Source: Octopus sinensis
Lineage: Eukaryota
Length of the DNA stretch: 64,000 nt
Assembly: GCF_006345805.1 (NCBI RefSeq)
Contig: NC_043010.1
Coordinates: 26,102,001-26,166,000, forward strand
Direction: 5' to 3'
Shown piece after piece: positions 38,950-51,778 of the stretch. Every line of letters begins with the position of its first letter. Position 1 is the first letter of the stretch. The notes under the pieces are model-generated. The model was not told the DNA's origin. It was given only the letters and a program-made list of their open reading frames with translations, and made no database searches. A program made the position numbers and the translations under genes.

Positions 38950-39004
38950 CAATAATGATAATAATAATAATAATAATAATAATTATTATTATTATTATTA
39001 TTAA

Positions 39005-39042
<38 letters not shown>

Positions 39043-39211
39043 GCTTCATCATCATTATTATCTTTACTACTAGTGACTGTGTAATTAATGACTTTATTTC
39101 CCAACTACATGGTTACAAGTTCAATTCCCACCTGGGGTACTTTGAGCAAGCATCTTCTACTGTTGCTGTGAGCCAAACAAATGAACAGATTTGATAGATG
39201 GAATATATATA

Positions 39212-39726
39212 TACCAGGTTGAGGAAAAAGTTTGTGCGGCGTGTTAAAATAATGATTTCTTATGCAAGAACTAATTCAAAAACAGCAGACCATCATTTTC
39301 CACAACCTTCTGCCAATGATCTGCAAGCTTTCAGATTTGGTCAAAGTACCAATCCTTTGGCTTTGAATTCAAAAATTCTTGACAGGCTTCTTCAACTTCA
39401 TTGAATGACACAAATTGGTAACCTCTCATAAAGTGCTGCATTGATCAGAAGAGACTATGGTCAGATGGAGCAATGTCTGGACTATAGGCTGGATGTGGCA
39501 GAACTTCTTCTACTGTGCAATTCTTCAATCCTATTGCTGGTTTTTCTGGCAGTATGTGGCTTTGCATTGTCTTGTTGAAACAAAGCGCATTTTCGATAAA
39601 CAAATCTTGGGTACTTTTCAACCAGCGCATCATAGACTCGATCAAGTTGCTCGCAGTAAAACTTGGCATTGATGGCACAACCATTCAGCACAAGTTCAGT
39701 GCACGAACTTTTTCCTCAACCTAATA
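39212..39726 (-). mobile_element. Internally deleted mariner (about 515 bp) with both TIRs
   Basis: TIRs caggttgaggaaaaagtttgtgc and gcacgaactttttcctcaaccta. Retains the C-terminal motifs INAKFYCEQL, FQQDNAKPH and PHPAYSPDIAPSD. Confidence 0.88.
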
Positions 39727-41075
39727 TATATATAGTGGAGGCACAATGGCCCAGTGGTTAGAGCAGCGGACTCAGTTGGAGGATCACGATTTCAATTCCC
39801 AGACCGGGCGTTGTGTGTGTTTATTGGGCGAAAACACCTAAAGTTCCACGAGGCTCCAGTAGGGGGTGGTGGCGACCCCTGTTGTACTCTTTCGCCCCAA
39901 CTTTCTCTCACTCTTTCTTCCTGTTTCTTGAGTAACGCTGCGATGGACTGGTGTCCCATCCAGCTGGGGGAAACACATACGCCATAGAAACTGGGAAACC
40001 GGACCCATGAGCCTGGCTAGGCTTGAAAAGGGTGCATAAGAATAATAATATATATATATATACATATACACATATATGTATATATGAGTGTGTGCATAAG
40101 TTTGTGTTTATCCCACGATGGTCGTAAAATGGTTGTCACTATCAAACAAATAGTGTCAGTCATTTCCAACGTTTTGCAAGAACAAGCCTGGCCATGAGGA
40201 AATATTAACGTGCATGGATTGGTTGAAGGCCAGGCAGGGCATCAGACCACAGAAAATCTGCGTCGATAAGCACCATCCAAGCTATGCAAGCGTGGAAGAA
40301 CATTACAACGATGATAATGCTGATGATGTTGTCACCATAGTTGTTTAACCCCAGGTAAGCCCTGACCAATCAATCCTATGATCAAAGCCTTTCCTTTCGT
40401 TCTCTTTTCTCTCACTTTCAGATAAGTGTCAATGACTATATTATCTTCTTTGTCCTATATTTTAGAATATGCTTTCATAGAGACTTAGCTGTTGTTTCTA
40501 ACAGAAAGAGTGACCATTTGCATAGAGACATCTTCCCATTAACTCACTGTTAATAGGAGTAAGTTACTAATCTTGGTGGTGGTCAGAACGGCATGCTAAC
40601 ATTTCCAACAGCATATACCTCCATCATTAAGTTAAATTTGAAAGCACAATAACTTATCATTCAGCCATTTCTGACTTCTTCCCTTTTTTTCTAGTTTTGT
40701 GTTTTTGTAGTTCTTTTCGGTTTTTTTTTTGTTATTTTTGCACAACTCACTCACCACCGTTCATAGTTACAAAGATCAGATTTACCTAACCATACTACCA
40801 TACATCAGTAGGGAAGGGCAAGGAAGGAGGGGTCCACCTAAAGTGACACATTTAACTCTTTAGCATTTAAACTGGTCATATCCAGTACAAATATTCAACC
40901 AGTTTTATGTTCAATCTGAACAGATCCAGTCTCTCACACATACCTTGCAATGCCATTCTAAAAACATAAGCAATCTCATCATCAAAAACTTGAAGCTGTG
41001 AAATAATACATGAGGATTCAAAAACAGTGTGAATAAATAAGCATTTCATTCGACAATGTATTCTAAATACTAAAG

Positions 41076-41258
41076 CAGTGCTTTTCAAACCCCAAGGAAA
41101 CATTCCACTGGCTCAAGGAACCCCTGTGCAATAATTTAATAGTCTTATGCACACATATCTGCACAGGAGAATTAAAAATTACTGCTGATTTTAGCAGTTT
41201 TGTAACTTCTTGCGGAACCCCTGGACTGTGCTGGCGGAACCCTGGTTGAAAACCACTG
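41076..41258. mobile_element. hAT-type MITE
   Basis: Ends cagtgcttttcaaacc and ggttgaaaaccactg, with a perfect 8-bp TSD TACTAAAG. Confidence 0.85.
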
Positions 41259-41987
41259 TACTAAAGGGTTAAGGAGCACTGCGTTGGGGGTCTGCTGTAT
41301 AAGCCTGCTTATTATAAGCTTGGGGAACCTGGCAGAGGGGCATTGCAAACACAAGGGCTGCCCTTTGTGGAACACATTAAAATTGCATCACTGCCACACA
41401 TTAATATAAACTATTCTTTGGTTTGTTACATCATCTTATTTCTTTTAGGGAAATGATGGAATGATTGTAATCTTGGAATGAAAATGACAGAAATTATTAA
41501 AAAGAGGGACAAGGAGAGAATGACATGAACTTTCCTGAAAAAGAAAAAAACAATAATCAAAAGAGAGACACATCAAACTTTTCTCTTTTTCTTTTTTTTT
41601 TTTTGCTTTGAATAAATTCTATTCAAGAGAAGAAGAAAAATAATAAACAGATTGTTGACTGTAAACAAAAAACAAGACAAAAAATATATTTCAAGAGGGA
41701 CAAAAAATCAAAACAAACTGCAAATCAATTTTTGGATGCAAACTACAATAGATAACAATACATATAAACCAAGCCACATTATATATATATATATATGACA
41801 TACATATATATGCATATGACATCATGCACCAAAACAACTTGCAACTAATACAGTAAATGAGAATGGAAACACAATTATTTATTTAGTATATGCATGTGAT
41901 GTTTTATGTTTGTACATATATAAACAATATCGAACATGCATACACAAGGTATGTATTGTGCCAGTTGGGGGGGGGGGCTAAGATTCA

Positions 41988-42227
41988 TAGGTGTAAAAGA
42001 ATATATTATCAATTCACCTGGTGTAAAAACACCTGGGAGACATAGACAAGCGAAATGAATAGCATCAGATCCTGTTACAGAAGCAATATCAAAAAGTCAC
42101 AAAAATGACAAAATATTAATGACAACTGCTCCTCTAATGGGACTTGATGTGAGTTATCTTACTTGTCTATGACTCCCAGGTCTTTTTACACCAGCCGCAT
42201 TGATAAGAATATATTCTATTACGCCTA
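41988..42227. mobile_element. MITE with about 63-bp imperfect TIRs
   Basis: taggtgtaaaagaatatatt...ctgggagacatagacaag versus cttgtctatgactcccagg...aatatattctattacgccta. Confidence 0.7.
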
Positions 42228-43161
42228 TAAGAGCAGCCTAGCCATGGACTAGCAAAACACATTCCTTATGTAGGTGCCTGTAATATTGTTATATTGTTTA
42301 TATCCCTCAGGTGAATTCTCATTCATATTTCAAGATATATGTATGTATGTATTTATGAATATATATATATAGGGAGACTTATGCATACACACATGTATAT
42401 CTGCATATATATATATATATATCTATCACACAACCCTGGCTGACGAAGATTGTATTCCTAGCTCCTTTACTAAAGGGGTTATGTGCCTCTGGCCTGCAGG
42501 TCTGATGGCTCACCTATTTCGCTAAGAGCAAAATAAGTACGAAACCAATGATGATTTCCTGTCTGGTCATAACAACAACTACTTTTATCATAAATGTGTG
42601 TGTGTTTGTGCTGTATTGAAAATAGTGTTTCCATTCCCAAAATTCACTGCAGCCACAAAAGCTGTTTTTTTTTTTTCTTCTTAATTTTCAAAGTCAAACG
42701 GACATACAGCTAGGCATGCAAATATTTTGGTCAGGTAAATCTTCGGGCTCCCAACTCTACTGACTGCAAAGTGCCAGCATTTCTCATACATATGTATAGA
42801 TAAAGACAATGTAGTTATATTGATTATATATATATATATATATTATATATATATATAATATATTATACACACGCATACATACACAGACACACACATGTAC
42901 ATACATACACATTCACACACACATATATAACATGATATATATATGAAGTCTACAACACATTTTCTTTTCCTTCTTCATTCAAACAGACAGACAGACAGAC
43001 ATACACACACACTATGCTTCAAACAAAAACACACTACGTGTTCACTACACATCTGACTTTAAAATTTGTACGTGTTAAAGTTGTGTATTGCAGTATAGGA
43101 AAAAACAGGTTATTTTCTCACACCTAAATATTTTATGCAATTTATGCATGTGTGTAAACCT

Positions 43162-43209
<48 letters not shown>

Positions 43210-43786
43210 AACCTGTGACATATCTTTGTCTCCTCCCAGAAACTTACAAAAATATAAAGTGAGGTGAGACATGCTTTTTATTCTTAATATTATTAATATC
43301 ATTTTAAATTGGTCTCTATTTCACTTTATCTCTGCATCTACAGCAGTACCAGTAGAAAGAGTGAGATAATTGAGAAAATATAAAGAGAGAGAAAGCAAAG
43401 AAAATAAAGGAAAAAAAAGAGTGAAATGTAATTCCTTACACACACACACACACACACACATTTTATTTGTGGGTTAACAAGGCTACCAATAGTTTCATTT
43501 AAAAAGAAATCTCTTAAAAATTTTCAAGCCTTCCATATGAGAACATTGGTACTAGTCTCTATTTTGGATATCCTTTTATACTTTTCCATTAGTTTCGGGC
43601 ATGATGCAGAAGCACTGCTTTTCAAGGCCTTTCTTGATCTCACTGGTACTTATTTTATTTTATCGATCTCTACTTATCGACTGGCTAAGTCACCTTCTGA
43701 AGTAAAGGGACGCAATACAACACTTCATTTTTCATCAGTTAACATTCTCACACTGATGCCCACAACATACACACACAATACACACA

Positions 43787-43839
<53 letters not shown>

Positions 43840-44280
43840 ACACACACAAAGCCACCTACATGTTATGAAAAAATATAAGGAAAGATTATGGATGGAAAAT
43901 TTTACATATATAACTTATGTCTTTTTATAAAAAGTGAGATATAAAAAATGTTCAAATTTAGGAAAATGCTGGTGCAATGGTGACACTGAGAAGAATTGAA
44001 AATATAAAGCATAAAAAATTTTATAATTTTTCAAAACATGCATTAAAATTTGGAATTAAGCTTAAATCATTAGACGTAATTGCTTTGTTTCCTCATGAGA
44101 CGAAAAACTAATTGCAATAGAGACTCTTTCGCAAACACACACACGCTCACATGTATGCATAGATGCATGCATGCAGGAAAACAATATACGCACATATATG
44201 AACTAAATGTTTATGATTGTGTATGTGTTTTTGTGTATATTCATCCATGTGCATGTGTGTGCACATTTATGTATGTTTGC

Positions 44281-44314
<34 letters not shown>

Positions 44315-44387
44315 CAATATACACATCCATATATACATATATTCTTAGACGCAAGTACACAAACACACACATGTTAATGTGTATATT

Positions 44388-44457
<70 letters not shown>

Positions 44458-46758
44458 TATATGTAAGTACCTGAATAAATTTATCTATAGAGAGAGATAG
44501 ATGTACATACACACACACACACACACCTATATGGAGAGTAAAAATAGGATTAAAGGTGAAATTGATCTTATGTGGATTTTGAACACAGAACATAATGTGT
44601 TGTAACTAAATGTTGTAAAACATTTGGTCCAGCACTCTACCAACTGAGCCAATGTATAGATAGGTCGACAGATAGAGGTTACAAGAGAGAGAAAAAGAGA
44701 AACAGGAGATGGGGCTGAACTTAATTGCTAACATTGCAACATATTTGCAATAATATGTTTTAATACATCAGCTAAGGTTTAGGATAATACAGTTAAAGAA
44801 GAGCATATATATATATCTTATGTATATCTGTGTTTACATGTATACACATGAGATTTATATCATACGTACATTATATGTATGTGTGTATACATGTGTGCAT
44901 GTATGTCTGATGTGTGCGTGTGTGTGTGTCAGACCACTGGTAAAATGTAATCCAGTAAACTTGACCTTGGTTGGGTTGTCGGTCACTACACCAGCAACCC
45001 TACAAAGCTTACTTGTTAAGGCGGGTGGTCTTTGTAGGACATCTTGCAGGATGAGAAAGAAAACCTGCCAAAGGATGGATGAACTCAGGATAGTCAAGGG
45101 CTGTCCAACAGCTGGAAATGGGAGACTCCAAGTCTTTGTTTAAATATCTCTCTAGGAGAAGGAAATTCCAAAATAACACCCAACACATAGCAAAGCCAGA
45201 GATCTTACTCTTACTTCTTTCAGAAATGGACTATCTGTCTTTGTAAGTGGTGGTGTGCAAGCTGATATTGTCTTTAAATTTCAGTACAGGAATTGCTGAC
45301 AACGATTGTCTTTAATTTTTAGGATAAGATAATTTGTTAGTTGTGGTCATACTTGTCTACAAATTGACAGACACCATGTATGGACATATTTCATTGTTTT
45401 TACGTTTGGTTATACATAAAAAGAATTTGACATTAACTTGAAGGGTAACTCAATACTTTTTGGTAGAGTGAATAGTTATTAATATCCAAAAGATGATTTC
45501 AAAGCGTCAGCTTGCTTTCATCACATGTCTATTAAAACTAGATAAGCCATTGGATCTTATCAAGAACACCCAATGAGATTTGTTTGGACTATTAAATAGA
45601 AGGAGAGAAAAACAAAAGAAATAAAAGGAAAAAGAAAAAAGGAGTAAAAGATTAAAATTCAAAACACTGGAATTGGATAAAAAATATTAAAAAATAATAA
45701 ATAATATTATTGAAAGAAAATAAAAAATAAAAATTGCAACATAAATATAAAAACATTGCTTTGTTTTAGTGTTTTGTCCTTGTGTTTCTTGCTTTGTATT
45801 GTTTTGTTATTTTTTATCATAGTTATTTGTGTAAATCCAAGCTTAACACGATTATCTTAAATTTTTGCACAAGGCCAGCAACGTTGATGGGCAGCACCAA
45901 GTTGTTTACATTGGCATAGTTGGTGGTGGTCATCGTTTGTTGATTATGTTGGTTCACCAGATGCCGCAGGTTGTTGTCTGTTGCTGGCTTTTGCTGAATG
46001 AAAATGTATTTCTAGGGCTGCCTGTAGAAGTAACATCTAACAGATTTATGAACGGATCATGTGTTTTCCATGTTGGTTATGGAACAAAAACTAATGGCAA
46101 CAATTACACACTGGGAGAGACATACTGCTGGGATTATGGCAATTTAATTGGTATATAGCAATCTATGGCTGATTCATCACAACTGGACAATAATTGTGCT
46201 TTATTCATGGTGACAAAATCTATTTACCATCAGCTGGTTGTGAATGAGAATACAAACGTCAAGCGGCTGTCTTGATATCCTGGGATTACAGCCAAAACCC
46301 ACCTTTATATAGGGCACAGTGAGAAAGTTCTAGGAAGTTCAAACATGTGATGGGTTTCACACAGCGTTGTCACACATTTGGCCAATCATGCGAAATCACT
46401 GCTGCTTTGTTGTAATGTCTATCAGTTTTGAATCAGCTACAACATCAGCCCATGAACTTGACTCATAATTTATTTTATCAACCCTGAAAGAATGAAATAT
46501 AGAGTTAACCAAGGGCAGGATTTGAACTCAAAGAGTAATGAGAAAATGCCATCAGGCATTATGTCCACAGCTCTGACAATTCTGCCAGCTTATCACTTTC
46601 CTGTAGCCTAAAATAATAAATTAAATAAAAGTCATACAACCATAATGTTGAGGATTACATCCAACTCTTCGAATGAGTGGTGTGAAAGATTTTCAAGACA
46701 TTGGACTTACAGCCATACTGGAGCAGAGCCTTCAAGGGGCTCTATCATTTATCTAACC

Positions 46759-47047
46759 CAGTGTTTCTCAACCAATTTTTTTTTTATCTATGGACGTCAT
46801 TGATCCCTATTTCACTCAGATGGACACTCCTATTTATTTGATGTTTAAAATATTGAATATTGATTCTCCCTTTTTATTCTTTACTCTTTTGATGTTTAAA
46901 GGATTGAATTATATTTTTAGTTTTAAATATTATTAAAAATTGCCCAAAAGAAATTTTTAAAATATTTTGTGCATTGTAGAAGTATGATCAATTTATTGCA
47001 CATAAATATTAACAAAATCTTATAGGGACCCCGGTTGAGAACTACTG
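46759..47047. mobile_element. hAT-type MITE, same family as 36134
   Basis: Ends cagtgtttctcaacc and ggttgagaactactg; 8-bp TSD atctaacc/atataacc (one mismatch). Confidence 0.82.
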
Positions 47048-47630
47048 ATATAACCTACACACACAAACTTCAACATATTCTTTATTTAATAAGCTAATAA
47101 AAGTTACCTCCCTTGGAAACTATCCCGAGTAGAGTTACGCCCCTTAATTAGTATCGTCTGCTTCTCTTCCAAAGTTTGAAACATCAAACACTCGCAACGA
47201 TCCCCGCTCGTAAACAAACGTCTTTCCCTTAATTTACATCAATAAGACATACGAATTGTTTGTTCTATTCTAATTCTAATACAGCTGCATGTAAATTAAA
47301 TCCGATAAACTACAGTGTATGCCACATTCTACTCTACAACGAAGGTTTGGCTGCCGAGGCTTGGTCGATTCCTAATGATTCCAGTGATTGATTGGATATT
47401 CTGTTTGATTGATCCCAGAATGATGAGAAACCCCTCGCACTAAAAATGAATCCACTAGCAGGATTTGAACTCATAATAAAGGTATGAAGCTAACTGTGAA
47501 CCCATTGATTTTTATCACCTTATAGCTTGGTGATACATATGTAAATATTCATGCATATATACATACATACATATATACATATATATATACATACATATAC
47601 ATACATATGTATATATATATATATATATAT

Positions 47631-48059
47631 AAAATAAATATAAGAGAGTGGTCACTATATGGCTCACTCTAGCACCAGTTAATCCAAAAGGTTTCAACCA
47701 CAAAAATACATGTTTCCCATGAAAGTCAGTACGATTGTTAGCTCACACGGACAGGGCAAATAAAAAATAACAAAAATACAGATTATTTTGGGACAATTGT
47801 TTCGCTATTAATGAATTAAATGTAATTTTACTTACAAAAAAATCCACTTTTTTTGTAAGTAAAATTACATTTAATTCATTAATAGCGAAACAATTGTCCC
47901 AAAATAATCTGTATTTTTGTTATTTTTTATTTGCCCTGTCCGTGTGAGCTAACAATCGTACTGACTTTCATGGGAAACATGTATTTTTGTGGTTGAAACC
48001 TTTTGGATTAACTGGTGCTAGAGTGAGCCATATAGTGACCACTCTCTTATATTTATTTT
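47631..48059. repeat. Perfect palindrome with 212-bp arms and a 5-nt loop
   Basis: 47631-47842 is the exact reverse complement of 47848-48059 (compared by eye); loop tccac. Confidence 0.95.
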
Positions 48060-48194
48060 GTAAAAATATTATAATATATTATAAAATATTATAATAATCC
48101 AGGTTTCTCGGAGCACTAGGCCACTTGGTGTTGAATAGATATACTATTAAATTAGTATCTAATTCTCTCACCCTTATTAATTAATTATATATAT

Positions 48195-48249
<55 letters not shown>

Positions 48250-48591
48250 GTATATATATATATATACACATACATATATATACATACATATGTATATATA
48301 TATACTCTTTTACTTGTTTCAGTCATTTGACTGCGGCCATGCTGGAGCAACACCTTTAATCTAGCAACTCGACCCCGGGACTTTATTCTTTGTAAGCCCA
48401 GTACTTATTCTATCGGTCTCTTTTGCCAAACCGCTGTACTTCGATCAACTGTACCTTCACCTTTCACATGATAAATATTTTTAGTTGCTTCCCACGGTGT
48501 TTATGACCCAGATCGAACGAGTAAAACATAAGTTCTCGAATCAGACTACAGTACTACTTAAGAACAATGTATATATATATACTTATGTATA

Positions 48592-48638
<47 letters not shown>

Positions 48639-48709
48639 TATATATATATATATAGTATATATATATATAGTATATATATATATATATGTATATTATATAT
48701 ATATATATA

Positions 48710-48770
<61 letters not shown>

Positions 48771-50906
48771 TGTATGTATGTGAATTATCACAACTGTCTG
48801 ATGAACAGCTATAGAAAACTTTGAGTAACAATTTGTAAGTCAAAACACACAAAGTGGTCTGAAGTTTTTCTAATTCTTTGGTTACTTAAATAACACTTTT
48901 TGTTTTTAACAGGATGTCATTTTTCCCACCTAGCTTACATTTAATACCTTTATGAATATATCTGTGTGTGTGTGTGTGTGTGTGTGTATACTGTATATGA
49001 AGCTATGGTATTGTGGATTTAAAACAAAAATGTAAAGGAGTTATTAAAAATTGAAAACCTATCATGACCTTTGGCCCACCATCATCATCATTTAACATCC
49101 ATGTTCCATGCTGGACATTAAATGATGATGGTGGTAGACCACAAGTCATGATAGGTTTTCAATATTCAATAACTCCTATATATATATATATATATATATA
49201 TATACTGTTATACTATACATAATACTTATTATAAGATACAGTGGAATCTAGTGTGATGGAAATTTTGATACCAAATGAAAAATGTTTAAGTGAAGTTAGC
49301 AGTTCTTGTGTGTTTCTGAATGGCTAATAGATCTCTTCCATGCTGCAATCATTTTAGTTTCAATAAACAGTCTCCGATCAAATCACTTGTCTGGCGAGTA
49401 CACCTCTGGAGTACATATTACATGTTTGTTATGTATATATTATACAAATTTAAAGATGTTTGAAATAGAAAGAAGGAGAAAAAAAAAGAGGAAAACAAGA
49501 ACAATATGTTGTGAAAGTGAAGGAAGTCAGTTTCTTTCCTTTGTTCTTTCTTTCTCACCAATAAAGCAAAAACAAATACAAAACTTGGAACAAAAAGCTG
49601 AAACATAAATTTAAATGAGCACGAGTGTGTGTGTGTGTGTGCCAATGTGTGCATGTGTCCATGAACAAGTGTGTGCATATATGTATGTAATAAAGATACA
49701 TATTTATATATATATGCATATACATATATAGATTCCTATATGTATACACAAGACGCATATACATATATATCTTATATAACTGAAATGAAGAGGAGAAAAA
49801 AAATTAAACACAAATACACTTGAAAGTGCAAGAGAAGAAGAGAGAGTCTCTGAATCTGTAAGAAAGAGACGGAGAGATAGATAGAAAGAGAGAGAGAGAG
49901 CGTGTGCATATTAATCTATACACAGATACATACAAATATACATGTATGGTGTATATATGAATTATACAAGAGAAACAGCTCCAGAATAAAATCTTTATGT
50001 ATATGACATACTTAAGATATGTGCACCATTGAAAAGCCAGAATCTGCAATCTCTCATCCAGGAAAAAAGTCCTTTTATAATCATATTTATAAAAAACACA
50101 AACACATCAAACACAAAGGATTTTTTGCCCCCCCGGATGAAAATGCTGCTTCTGGTTTATCAACTATACACATAAGTATATCATATGAAGATATACATAT
50201 ATATGTATAAATACATATATGTGTATATATAAATAAGGTGTGTGTAGGTGTGTGTTTTGTGTTTATCACAGAATTGGTTTAAGAGTCTAAGAAGAGCTAC
50301 TAGAGGACAACTACAAGGACTACTTATGATGAGTGAAATTAATTGACTACAAATAGTGATAGAAGTAGTAGTGGGCGTGGTAGTAGCAGTAGTACTAGTA
50401 GAAGTAGTAGAAGTGGTAGTAATACTAGTAGAAGGAAAAAAATACTAGTCGCAGTAGTAGAGGTAGTAATAGTAGTTGTTGTAGTAAGAAGAAAAAGTAG
50501 TGGTGTATTGGTGCTAGTTAAGTAGCAGTAGTACTAAAAATACTAACTGGAGGAAGAGAAAGAAGAAGAAAAAGTCTAACTAGCAACTAAGACTAAAAGG
50601 AAAAAAAAATCAAAAGTTAAGGCTTTGTTAGCGAGTAAAGTTACCAGCGATTAAGTGATAAAAAAAATACTAATTAAATAATAAATAATGAATATATGTA
50701 ATAAATAAAATATCACTTATGATGAAATTGATAAAAGTCGTAATAAAAGAAAATAATACAGGTGATAGAGATAATTAAAAAAATAGGGATAATAATAATG
50801 ATAATAATATTATTAATAATAATAATAATAATAAATATTTTATATATATATAAAAAGGCTGATGATTAAAAGTAAGTCAACTGGTGCGTTATTATGTTTA
50901 CGTTAC

Positions 50907-50918
50907 CTCTGGGTGGCT
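50907..50918 (-). CDS. Candidate 12-nt microexon (AGCCACCCAGAG; SHPE if phase 0) of the NDRG-family gene
   Basis: Minus strand: long pyrimidine tract, ttaac, more pyrimidines, ttgctgccgtttag|AGCCACCCAGAG|gtaacg. Frame-preserving and on the same strand as the host gene. No transcript evidence available. Confidence 0.55.
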
Positions 50919-51212
50919 CTAAACGGCAGCAAGTTTTGAAAATATGAAAAGAGAAAGGACCAACATCGTTAACAGAGAGAAAAGAACACTGGAAAAGAAT
51001 TTTGTACTTGGATTTTTATTTATCTATTTATTTATTGATTTAGGCTTTTGTTTATGATGTTTATTTTAATGTTTCTATTTTTACTTTATTTTATTTTTGA
51101 ATTTATATTTGATTTTTAATTTTAGTTTTTAATTTTGTTTAAATTGTGGCAGCAGGGCAAGTGGAGTTGATTCAAATATAGAAAGAGGACAACAACAATA
51201 ATTATGAAAATG

Positions 51213-51252
<40 letters not shown>

Positions 51253-51728
51253 GAATGATTTTTTTCACTAAACACAAGGGTTCACAATAGGATCGAGGAC
51301 AATACAAGATGACAAGGAATAATAATAATATTAATAATATTATTATTATAATAATAATAATGATAATCCTTTCTACTATAGGCACAAGGCCTGAAATTTT
51401 TGGGGAGGGAGCCAGTCGATTAGATCAACCCCAGTATGTAACTGGTACTTAGTTTATCAACCTCGAAAGGATGAAAGGCAAAGTCGACCTTTGAACTCAG
51501 AACATGGTGACAGGCGAATTACCACTATGCATTTTGCCCAAAGTGCTAACAATTCTGCCAGCTCTCCACCTTAATAATAAAAATAACAACAACAATAACA
51601 ACAATGATGATGATGATGAATGATGATGATGATGATGATAATAATAATAATAGCTGAAAAAGAAATCCTGAAAAAATTTTAAAAGGAAAAGAGACTAATT
51701 AGTCTGTGTGAGTGAGTGTGTGTGTATA

Positions 51729-51778
<50 letters not shown>

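Noticed and set aside
45870-46330. Possible LTR retrotransposon remnant
   Set aside because: The composition is coding-like, but I could not identify any diagnostic motif.
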